From positions 3,240,001 to 3,272,000 of the forward strand of contig NZ_CP074694.1 in assembly GCF_018398935.1 (NCBI RefSeq): a stretch of DNA of 32,000 nt, read 5' to 3'. The notes under the pieces are model-generated. The model searched no databases and had not been told where the DNA came from. It saw nothing but the letters and a program-made list of their open reading frames with translations. Below are positions 8,477-15,120 of this stretch, piece after piece; within the stretch, counting starts at the first letter, position 1, and each line of letters opens with the position of its first letter. The position numbers and the translations under genes are program-made. Origin of the DNA: Telmatocola sphagniphila (GTDB taxonomy: Bacteria; Planctomycetota; Planctomycetia; Gemmatales; Gemmataceae).

Positions 8477-9979
8477 ATGAACCGCCTGCGTGCTCTGACG
8501 ATTCTCTCTCTGCTCGCTCTCCCCATTCTCTTCCTCTCCGTCACGGGGATGTACTATCTCTGGAATTCCAACTGGATATTCTGGGCCTGGTTTCCGCTGG
8601 CCGGATGCTTCGCCACCGCCTACCTGCTGGGCTGGTACTGGCAGCGCGAACACCGGATCGAGAGCCTGAAAGCGGAAATCCCCGAACATTCCACCAACCG
8701 CGATCGGGAAGCCTGGAAAATCGTCGAGGAGTTTGCCAAAGGGGCGCCCGATCGAACCCGGCTCGACGATAGCGAATATTACTTCTTGCAAGCTCGATCT
8801 TTGTCCGAGCGAGTGGCCGCCCTCTACTATCCCAACTCGAAAACTCCTCTCGGCAATGTCACCCTTCCCGAACTGCTGACGGCCATGGAACTGGCTTCAG
8901 CAGAAATGCGAAAAAAATTCGAAGATTACGTACCCGGCGGCCACCTTTTCACGATCAACAATTTACGCTATGCCGGGATGGCCCGGGCCTGGGTACCGCG
9001 CGTCCAAAATGCCATGTGGATGGGCTCGGCCATTCTCGATCCCTTCAAGACCGGCGTGCGCTACCTCGCTAACCGCTACGGCGTCAACAAACCGATGGAC
9101 CAGTTCCAGGAAAATCTGGTCGGCTGGTTTTACGCGATGTTCGTCCAGCGGGTCGGGCACTATCTCATCGAACTCTACAGCGGGCGGTTGAAAGTCGGCA
9201 CCGAGGAATACCGGAAGCTTATGATGGAAGCGCATGGTATCGCACCCAGCGATACACCGGAAGTGAAGCATTCCCCGGTACGAATCACGCTTATTGGGCC
9301 TGTTGGTTCGGGCAAATCGGATCTGGTTCGAATCTTGCTACACAATACCGCCATAGACAATCCGACTACGGAACCCCTGATTCACCGGCTGGAATTGGCC
9401 GAGATTACCGAAGAAATCCGACTAGTCGATACGGTGCCCTATACCCAGGTGAACGAAACCGAACTCGTGAAGTATTCGGATATCTGGAATCAGGCCGACT
9501 TGATTCTTTGGGTGGTGGCCGCCGGGCGATTTTCTGCGGATGACAAAGCCCTATACGCCAACTATCGGGAGTACTTCCGCAAACAACCGAACCGCAAAGC
9601 CCCTGCGGTTATTTGGGTACTCACCAAGATCGAAACTTTGGCACCGGCCAACGAATGGAATCCGCCGTATGAATGGCAGGATCCCCAGTTGCCCAAGGAA
9701 CATTCACTTGCCACGGCCATTAACACACTTCAGGAGGAAGTGGAAGATGGCGAGTTGCTGATCGTCCCGGCGAAAGTTTCAGAAGGCAACCACTGGGGTG
9801 TAGATGATTTTCTACTGCCGATGATCGGGTTGCACATGCGAGACGCTAAGGCGGTAGCAAGACTTCGCGACCTGGAGCAGAAACATCGCGGCGAGCGATT
9901 TGGGAAGGTGGTCGATCAACTTCTGCACGACGGCCGCGAAGTGCTGGGAGGCTTTTTAAGTAGGCTGAGGTCGAGGTAG
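8477..9979 (+). CDS. Membrane-anchored P-loop NTPase / GTPase-like protein (function unknown)
   Basis: Two predicted N-terminal TM helices (ILSLLALPILFLSVTGMYYLW and IFWAWFPLAGCFATAYLLGWYW). Walker A/G1 is GPVGSGKS, with a G3-like DTVPY and a G4-like TKIE. Confidence 0.65.
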   Translation: MNRLRALTILSLLALPILFLSVTGMYYLWNSNWIFWAWFPLAGCFATAYLLGWYWQREHRIESLKAEIPEHSTNRDREAWKIVEEFAKGAPDRTRLDDSEYYFLQARSLSERVAALYYPNSKTPLGNVTLPELLTAMELASAEMRKKFEDYVPGGHLFTINNLRYAGMARAWVPRVQNAMWMGSAILDPFKTGVRYLANRYGVNKPMDQFQENLVGWFYAMFVQRVGHYLIELYSGRLKVGTEEYRKLMMEAHGIAPSDTPEVKHSPVRITLIGPVGSGKSDLVRILLHNTAIDNPTTEPLIHRLELAEITEEIRLVDTVPYTQVNETELVKYSDIWNQADLILWVVAAGRFSADDKALYANYREYFRKQPNRKAPAVIWVLTKIETLAPANEWNPPYEWQDPQLPKEHSLATAINTLQEEVEDGELLIVPAKVSEGNHWGVDDFLLPMIGLHMRDAKAVARLRDLEQKHRGERFGKVVDQLLHDGREVLGGFLSRLRSR

Positions 9980-10001
9980 CAGCCCTGAGTTTTGCTTGCG
10001 A

Positions 10002-10457
10002 TCAAATCGCCTGCTTCCGATAGGGATCCACGACGTGGATCTGCATGAATGAAGCCGGATTCGCCAAGGGTTCAAACCCATATCGTTGATAGAGCCCATG
10101 CACATCGCGAGTCACCAGCACGAATCGGCGTAGTCCTTGCAGTTCGGGATCAGCCATGATGCATTCCATCAACCACGTTGATAGCCCACGGCCTCGATGC
10201 AACTCGAGAATAAAGACATCACACAGATAGGCGAAGGTTGCTCGATCCGTCACGACTCGCGCGAAGCCCACTTGCTGTTCACCCTCATAAACGCCGAAAC
10301 AGAGCGAATTCTCAATCGCTTTTTGTAGCAATATGCGAGGTATTCCCGCCGCCCAATAAGATTGTTCCGCCAGGTAGCGATGGATGATCTCGATGTCCAA
10401 TTTGTGTGGATCGGTCGAGATAGAGTAGTTCAACTTATGATGTGTGAGATGCGACAA
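10002..10457 (-). CDS. GNAT family N-acetyltransferase
   Basis: Acetyl-CoA binding motif HRGRGLSTWLM (R-x-x-G-x-G/A type) and a size of about 150 aa. The only available start is TTG at 10457. Confidence 0.8.
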   Translation of the reverse strand: MSHLTHHKLNYSISTDPHKLDIEIIHRYLAEQSYWAAGIPRILLQKAIENSLCFGVYEGEQQVGFARVVTDRATFAYLCDVFILELHRGRGLSTWLMECIMADPELQGLRRFVLVTRDVHGLYQRYGFEPLANPASFMQIHVVDPYRKQAI

Positions 10458-10634
10458 TGAATCCCCTCGGGGGATAGGATATGAGCGGCGTCCGATGCTT
10501 TAATTAGGCTATGAAGTATTACGACAAGTTAGGATTAGAAAGGTTCGGGGAGGGGTGAGCCTGATAATCCCGTTCGTAAGCATGGATGCTATAGAGATTC
10601 ACAAAATTCGAAGACTACCGCAAGTGATTGGCTA

Positions 10635-10644
10635 GTGTAGTGTC
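10635..10644. repeat. IS630 terminal inverted repeat (left on + strand)
   Basis: GTGTAGTGTC is the perfect reverse complement of 11792-11801 and extends imperfectly to about 22 bp. The transposase stop codon (10645-10647) abuts it. Confidence 0.8.
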
Positions 10645-11160
10645 TCACACAGAATGTGTTTTATCCAAGGTAGCCCTCGCCCGGCGGACTTTCTCCAGAA
10701 TAGCCTCGGCTTTGGCGGTCCACTGGAATCCCTTTCCTGTGTTGTTGTGATGATCGATGTAGCCTTCAATCGCCTGGATTAATTGCGGCACGCTTCGAAA
10801 TGTCCCTCGACGCAGTCGTTTGTCCGTCAAGTCGCGAAACCAACGCTCCACCAGATTCATCCAGGAACTACTCGTGGGGATGAAATGCATGTGGAATCGA
10901 GGATGCCGGGCTAGCCAACGCTTAACTTTGGGATGCTTATGCGTAGCGTAGTTATCCACGATCAAATGCAAATCCAAGGACGGATCGGTGGCCGTCTCGA
11001 TCCGTTTGAGAAACTTGATCCATTCCTGGTGTCGATGTCGCGGCATGCACTCGCCAATCACAATTCCCTCGGCCACGTTCAAAGCCGCGAACAGAGTGGT
11101 GGTGCCATGACGCATGTAATCGTGAGTCAGAGTGCCGCAACGGCCGGGTACCATGGGCAA
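10645..11160 (-). CDS. IS630 transposase, C-terminal DDE part (orfB frame)
   Basis: Contains [15 protein letters not shown], the second catalytic Asp in LIVDNYATH and the Glu in WMNLVERWF, with 35 residues between that D and E. This is a Tc1/IS630-type DDE domain. Confidence 0.85.
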   Translation of the reverse strand: MPMVPGRCGTLTHDYMRHGTTTLFAALNVAEGIVIGECMPRHRHQEWIKFLKRIETATDPSLDLHLIVDNYATHKHPKVKRWLARHPRFHMHFIPTSSSWMNLVERWFRDLTDKRLRRGTFRSVPQLIQAIEGYIDHHNNTGKGFQWTAKAEAILEKVRRARATLDKTHSV

Positions 11161-11729
11161 GCTTTTTGCGTGCGATCAAGGGCTTGTATCTGACTCTTCT
11201 CATCGCAACTGAGCACCAGGGCGTGCTCGGGAGGGTTCAAGTACAAGCCCACTACATCCCACAGTTTCTCGGCGAATTGAGGATCATTCGATACCTTGAA
11301 GGTCTTATGCAAATGAGGCTTCAGACCGTGGGACGACCAGACCCGCTGCACGGTGGCTTTGCTCACTCCTACCTCTTGGGCCATCGTTCGTGTGCTCCAA
11401 TGAGTCGCACCGGATGGTTTCTCCTGAGTGGTCTTGCGGAGAATTTCTTCGACGACTTTCCGGCTGATCGCTGGCGTTCGACCCGGCCGCGAAGCGTCCC
11501 GTTCGATACCCGCCAAACGCAGCTTCGCAAATCGGGTCCGCCAGCGCGCCACCGTGGGCTTCGACGTGCCGCATTCCTCAGCAATGTCCTTGTTCCGTAC
11601 ACCCGCGGCCGCTGCGAGTATGATCTTCGCCCGCAGGACCAGCCGAGCGGGAGTACTTCGTCCCCGAGACCAAGAAGTCAAAGTTTGTCGTTCCTCGTCA
11701 GAAAGTAAGATTGGCAGCGCGACTTTCAT
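11127..11729 (-). CDS. IS630 transposase, N-terminal HTH part (orfA frame)
   Basis: Two helix-turn-helix-like segments ([19 protein letters not shown] and [16 protein letters not shown]). The first catalytic Asp lies in [18 protein letters not shown]. The frame ends 12 codons after the A-run. Confidence 0.85.
   Translation of the reverse strand: MKVALPILLSDEERQTLTSWSRGRSTPARLVLRAKIILAAAAGVRNKDIAEECGTSKPTVARWRTRFAKLRLAGIERDASRPGRTPAISRKVVEEILRKTTQEKPSGATHWSTRTMAQEVGVSKATVQRVWSSHGLKPHLHKTFKVSNDPQFAEKLWDVVGLYLNPPEHALVLSCDEKSQIQALDRTQKACPWYPAVAAL
11162..11168 (-). promoter_or_regulatory. Candidate -1 ribosomal frameshift site CAAAAAG joining orfA and orfB
   Basis: Minus strand reads ACG CAA AAA GCT (orfA). 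Slipping -1 on AAA gives ...[19 protein letters not shown], a continuous IS630-like transposase. A fixed 1-nt indel cannot be excluded from sequence alone. Confidence 0.4.
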
Positions 11730-11791
11730 GGGTTTTCTCCTCCTCTATAGAGTAAACCGCAAAAAGGAGCTAAAAGTAACGCTATTTCTGG

Positions 11792-11801
11792 GACACTACA
11801 C
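11792..11801. repeat. IS630 terminal inverted repeat (right on + strand)
   Basis: GACACTACAC is the reverse complement of 10635-10644 and is followed by TAG. Confidence 0.8.
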
Positions 11802-11935
11802 TAGAGATTCTTACCTACCGCTAAGGGGAATCCGCCTTTTTACACCTGCAAATTCTGCAGTCGTAGCGACTTTGGTGCTCGTCAGCACCGCGAAAGATTA
11901 GGAGTGCCGGACGAGTGACTGTCTTCGTGGTCAGA

Positions 11936-11976
11936 TCCCTAGGGGACTGGCTCCGAAGGTGCCTGTCCCCTAGGGA
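11936..11976. repeat. GC-rich quasi-palindromic unit (hairpin) copy 1
   Basis: TCCCTAGGGGAC-TGGCTCCGAAGGTGCCT-GTCCCCTAGGGA. The outer stem is a perfect 12 bp. The inner stem GGC.CC/GG.GCC has symmetric T:T mismatches and a GAA centre. Confidence 0.85.
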
Positions 11977-12010
11977 ATTATGGACAAAAATCCTTTCTCT
12001 TAGCCAAATT

Positions 12011-12050
12011 CGTATGGCCCAGGCACCGAGCTCAGAGCCAGTCCCCTACG
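12011..12050. repeat. Degenerate quasi-palindromic unit, inverted orientation
   Basis: CGTATGGCCCAGGCACCGAGCTCAGAGCCAGTCCCCTACG. The right arm is the reverse complement of CGTAGGGGACTGGCTC. The left arm is a decayed GGGGACAGGCACC arm. Confidence 0.6.
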
Positions 12051-12090
12051 ATAGTACAAAGCACTTCCGAAGATATTGAATCCACTAAAC

Positions 12091-12178
12091 CAGATTCAAT
12101 TGCAAAATTATCGAAAGAGTGATTAAGGACGAGGAGGTCACATCCCTAGGGGACTGGCTCCGAAGGTGCCTGTCCCCT
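12091..12178 (+). repeat. Composite direct repeat, copy A (AT-rich module + hairpin 12147-12179)
   Basis: CAGATTCAATTGCAAAATTATCGAAAGAGTGATTAAGGACGAGGAGGTCACATCCCTAGGGGACTGGCTCCGAAGGTGCCTGTCCCCT. About 80/87 positions match copy B at an offset of exactly 130 bp (hand alignment). Confidence 0.85.
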
Positions 12179-12220
12179 ACGAAAGGATTAGATGATATGA
12201 AGATCTTGACTGTTCCAACC

Positions 12221-12308
12221 CAAATTCAATTGCAAACTTATCGAAAGAGTGATTTAGGACGAGGAGGTCAGATCCCTAGGGAGCTGGCTCCGAAGGTGCC
12301 TGTCCTCT
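12221..12308 (+). repeat. Composite direct repeat, copy B (AT-rich module + degenerate hairpin 12273-12313)
   Basis: Same unit as 12091-12178 with about 7 substitutions. The hairpin arms have partly decayed (GGGAGC / GTCCTCTT). Confidence 0.85.
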
Positions 12309-12338
12309 TGGGATAAAGTCAGTTTGATGTCTAAATAT

Positions 12339-12380
12339 TCGTAGGGGACAGGCACCGAAACCGGAGCCTGTCCCCTACGA
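12339..12380. repeat. GC-rich palindromic unit with 15-bp perfect stem
   Basis: TCGTAGGGGACAGGC (12339-12353) pairs with GCCTGTCCCCTACGA (12366-12380), with loop ACCGAAACCGGA. CCGGAGCCTGT is repeated again at 12388-12398. Confidence 0.85.
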
Positions 12381-12427
12381 ATTGTTGCCGGAGCCTGTTG
12401 GCTATGAAATTGTATAGGCCCCCCAAC

Positions 12428-12453
12428 AAAAAAAGCCGGGAGAATCTCCCGGC
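12428..12453 (-). terminator. Rho-independent terminator of the cytochrome c' gene
   Basis: On the minus strand, stem GCCGGGA/TCCCGGC (12435-12441 / 12447-12453) with a 5-nt loop, followed by seven T (plus-strand A-run 12428-12434). It lies about 30 nt after the stop at 12482. Confidence 0.7.
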
Positions 12454-12481
12454 TCGCCTCAAGTCATCTTGAGAAATTCAA

Positions 12482-12889
12482 TTATTTGTGAGCGTCGTGG
12501 CAGGCCTTGCAAGACTTGCCGAGGTTGCCCAAAGCGGCAGTGGCAGCTTCCAAATTCTTATCGGTAGCTGCCTTGTCGAGCTTGGCTGCTTCTTCGCTGT
12601 AAGCCTTGGCCAGCTTCTCCCAGGATTCCTTGCTGCCCTTTTCCACTTTGTTCTTGGGCAGATCGGCCGCCAGCTTGGCATATTCCTTGGTCAGCTTGCT
12701 GACATCGCTCCAATTCACATCACTAGCCTTCAGAGCCTGCTTCGTCTGATTGTGCAGTCCCTTCTTGCCACCGTTGACCTTCTTCATGATCGTTTCGGTA
12801 TCCGCATAATCTGCGGCCGACATCTGAGCAATCGGGAACGACAGCACGCAAGCCACCAATGCCAGACCAGCCAACCCACGAATCTTCAT
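12482..12889 (-). CDS. Class II cytochrome c (cytochrome c' / c-556-like four-helix-bundle)
   Basis: Signal peptide (MKIRGLAGLALVACVLSFPIAQMSAA). A single CxxCH heme motif near the C-terminus (CKACHDAHK) and a size of about 135 aa. GGGAG Shine-Dalgarno 8 nt upstream of the ATG. Confidence 0.8.
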   Translation of the reverse strand: MKIRGLAGLALVACVLSFPIAQMSAADYADTETIMKKVNGGKKGLHNQTKQALKASDVNWSDVSKLTKEYAKLAADLPKNKVEKGSKESWEKLAKAYSEEAAKLDKAATDKNLEAATAALGNLGKSCKACHDAHK

Positions 12890-13277
12890 TCAATTTCTCC
12901 CTGAAAGTTAATGAACACGCCACGGCCACACTTCCGCAGGCAGCCCGTGCCGACTCATCGCGGTCCTGGACCGCTAAGTAGTATTTGGGAAAGCATCTTA
13001 ATCGCTGATCGCGACGCAATCCAGTGATTTATCGGAAAATTTCAGCACAAGGCCGCAGCAAACTGCTTCAGCCCTCGAAACTTCTATCGGCGGGATCCAA
13101 TCCCCCGGGCTTTTCCAACTCACCTGGCTTTCCCAATCGGAAAAAGCTAGGCTGGATGGGTTGGCATCCGCTTGGGGAAAATCATCTTTTCAACTTCTCT
13201 GAGTCTACGCCAAGCAGTACATAAATCAACCTAAGGTCATCAAAACGGCGTTTCCCGCTATCAAAAAAATGATGATC

Positions 13278-13305
13278 TGATGACCTCTCTAGGCAAATTC
13301 CTGAC
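13278..13305 (+). repeat. 28-bp direct repeat, copy 1 (contains ATG of a 26-codon sORF 13280..13360)
   Basis: TGATGACCTCTCTAGGCAAATTCCTGAC, 27/28 identical to 13397-13424. Confidence 0.85.
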
Positions 13306-13396
13306 ATTGCAACGCGGAACACCTCAAAATCCTTGGGAATTTCAGCAAAGTGTCGCCTAAAAATTGGACCAACTCGAGTCATCAACTCTCAGACCG

Positions 13397-13424
13397 TGAT
13401 GACCTCTCTAGGGAAATTCCTGAC
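13397..13424 (+). repeat. 28-bp direct repeat, copy 2 (contains ATG of a 50-codon sORF 13399..13551)
   Basis: TGATGACCTCTCTAGGGAAATTCCTGAC, located 119 bp downstream of copy 1. Confidence 0.85.
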
Positions 13425-13594
13425 GCACCTTAGTTCCCTCGGAGATCCCCGCTTTTATGCGAAAATCCTGGCAACTTTGCACTCTCTCGAATTATTCCGA
13501 GTGGCTTTTGAAAAATCCGTTTTGAAGCCGAACTTGAGAGAGGTAAACTGAAAAACAACCCTGCCGAATGATCTCTCCTTTTGTCGAGGTTCCC

Positions 13595-15073
13595 ATGTTT
13601 CCTTTTAATCGACGCGAGTTTCTCAAACATTCTGCCGCAATATCGGCGGCCCTGGCCAGTAGACGTGCCATCTCCGCAGATGAAAAACCGAGCAGTTCAG
13701 CGAGCAAGGTCAGCTCTAACGACAAACTTCGCGTGGCCGTGGTGGGCGTGAATGGTCGCGGCATGACACACGTGGCCGAATTCACACGGCCGAGCATGGG
13801 AACCGAAATCGTGGCGGTGTGCGATTGCGACGAGGGCGTGATCGGCAAGGCGATGACCACCATTGAAAAGAATCAGAAAAAGACGCCGAAGTACGTCAAG
13901 GACATCCGAAAGCTCCTGGAAGACAAATCGATCGATATCATCAGCATCGCCACACCGAATCACTGGCACTCCCTGGCCGCTATCTGGGCGATGCAGGCTG
14001 GGAAAGATGTTTACTGTGAAAAGCCAGTGAGCCACAACGTTCGCGAAGGCCGGATTCTGGCCGAGACCGCTCGGAAGCTAAACAAAATTTGCCAGTGCGG
14101 CACCCAAAGCCGAAGCAACCCGGGCATGATCCAGTCGATCGAAGCGGTACATAGCGGGAAGATCGGAAAAGTTTCACTCGCCTATGGCACCTGTTACAAA
14201 TCCCGAGGATCGATTGGGAAAGTGGCTAAACCTACCGCACCACCCAAGGGATGCGATTACGATCTCTGGTGCGGTCCGGCTCCCGTGCTGCCGATCGCGC
14301 GAGCCAAAATGCATTATGATTGGCACTGGACCTGGGCTTATGGCAACGGCGACCTGGGCAATCAGGGCATCCACGAAATGGATAAAGCCCGTTGGGGACT
14401 GAACAAGCACGAACTCCCCAAATCAGTGCTCAGTCTCGGCGGCCGATTCGGCTACGTCGACGATGGCGAAACGGCCAATACGCAGCTCTGCCTTTTCGAC
14501 TATGGCGATTGTCATCTGCTGTTTGAAGTCCGCGGCTTAAAAACGAAAGGCACTCAACCTTCGAAGAATACCAAGGCCTCTACGATGGTAGGCAATATTT
14601 TCTTTGGCGATAAGGGCATTGTCGTCTGTCCGAGTTACGGGTCGGGGATGGTTCTCGATCTCGATGGAAAGATACTGAGCGAGCATGCCGGCGGCAAAGA
14701 CGAATATCACTTCACGAATTTCGTCTCGGCGGTTCGCAATCGCAAACCGGAAGAACTGCATGCGGAAATCACCGAAGGGCATCTCTCGAGTGCCCTCTGC
14801 CATTTGGGAAATATCAGCTATCGCAACGGCATCGAGACGCCAATTTGCGAAGTGAAGAAATTCAGCAATGTGCCTACCGCAAATGAAGCCTTCGGCCGGA
14901 TGGTGGAGCACCTGAAAGACAATAAGGTCGACATCACAACGGAGAAGTGCAAGGTCGGTCTCGAATTGCACATCGACCCGAAGAAGGAAGTATTCACCGA
15001 TCCTAATCCGGCGGCCCAGAGCATGCTGTTCCGAGAATATCGGAAAGGTTATGAAGTGAAGGATCTGGTCTAA
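13595..15073 (+). CDS. Tat-exported Gfo/Idh/MocA family oxidoreductase
   Basis: ORF 13568..15073. Start taken at MFPFNRREFLK (13595). Has a twin-arginine motif, a Rossmann motif LRVAVVGVNGRG, and EKP (CEKPVSHN) typical of the family. Confidence 0.85.
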   Translation: MFPFNRREFLKHSAAISAALASRRAISADEKPSSSASKVSSNDKLRVAVVGVNGRGMTHVAEFTRPSMGTEIVAVCDCDEGVIGKAMTTIEKNQKKTPKYVKDIRKLLEDKSIDIISIATPNHWHSLAAIWAMQAGKDVYCEKPVSHNVREGRILAETARKLNKICQCGTQSRSNPGMIQSIEAVHSGKIGKVSLAYGTCYKSRGSIGKVAKPTAPPKGCDYDLWCGPAPVLPIARAKMHYDWHWTWAYGNGDLGNQGIHEMDKARWGLNKHELPKSVLSLGGRFGYVDDGETANTQLCLFDYGDCHLLFEVRGLKTKGTQPSKNTKASTMVGNIFFGDKGIVVCPSYGSGMVLDLDGKILSEHAGGKDEYHFTNFVSAVRNRKPEELHAEITEGHLSSALCHLGNISYRNGIETPICEVKKFSNVPTANEAFGRMVEHLKDNKVDITTEKCKVGLELHIDPKKEVFTDPNPAAQSMLFREYRKGYEVKDLV

Positions 15074-15084
15074 AACTTTTCGAT

Positions 15085-15120
15085 GGGAAGTGGAGAAACA
15101 ACTTCTCTACTTCCCTTTGT
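15085..15120 (+). terminator. Terminator-like hairpin after the oxidoreductase gene
   Basis: GGGAAGTGGAGAA (15085-15097) pairs with TTCTCTACTTCCC (15103-15115) with one G:T pair, followed by TTTGTTG. It overlaps the last codons of the convergent gene. Confidence 0.55.

Larger units (their letters stand above)
10635..11801 (-). mobile_element. IS630-family insertion sequence (1167 bp)
   Basis: Terminal inverted repeats GTGTAGTGTC, flanking TA on both sides inside CTAG, and a two-frame DDE transposase with HTH N-terminus. The size is typical for IS630. Confidence 0.85.

Noticed and set aside
10464-10478. A small palindrome ATCCCCTCGGGGGAT just upstream of the GNAT start.
   Set aside because: It has only 6 bp of stem and a 3-nt loop, occurs once, and has no partner site. 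That is insufficient to call it an operator or structured leader.
12119-12316. A 65-aa ORF spanning both composite repeats.
   Set aside because: The repeat period is 130 bp, not a multiple of 3, so the two copies are read in different frames. There is no recognisable protein motif. It looks like a chance ORF in repeat DNA.
11929-12380. The palindromic GC-rich repeats could be a CRISPR array.
   Set aside because: Spacing is irregular: unit starts are about 208, 130 and 67 bp apart. The intervening segments are themselves repeated (the AT-rich module). Units occur in both orientations and are partly degenerate. No cas genes are present in the window.
13024-13385. ORFs 13024..13224(+) and 13182..13385(-) in the gap upstream of the oxidoreductase.
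   Set aside because: They have no motif, no RBS and mutually overlapping frames, and they cross the repeat copy. I could not support either as a gene. Only the two ATG-initiated sORFs sharing MTSLGKFLT are kept, as a finding rather than a feature.
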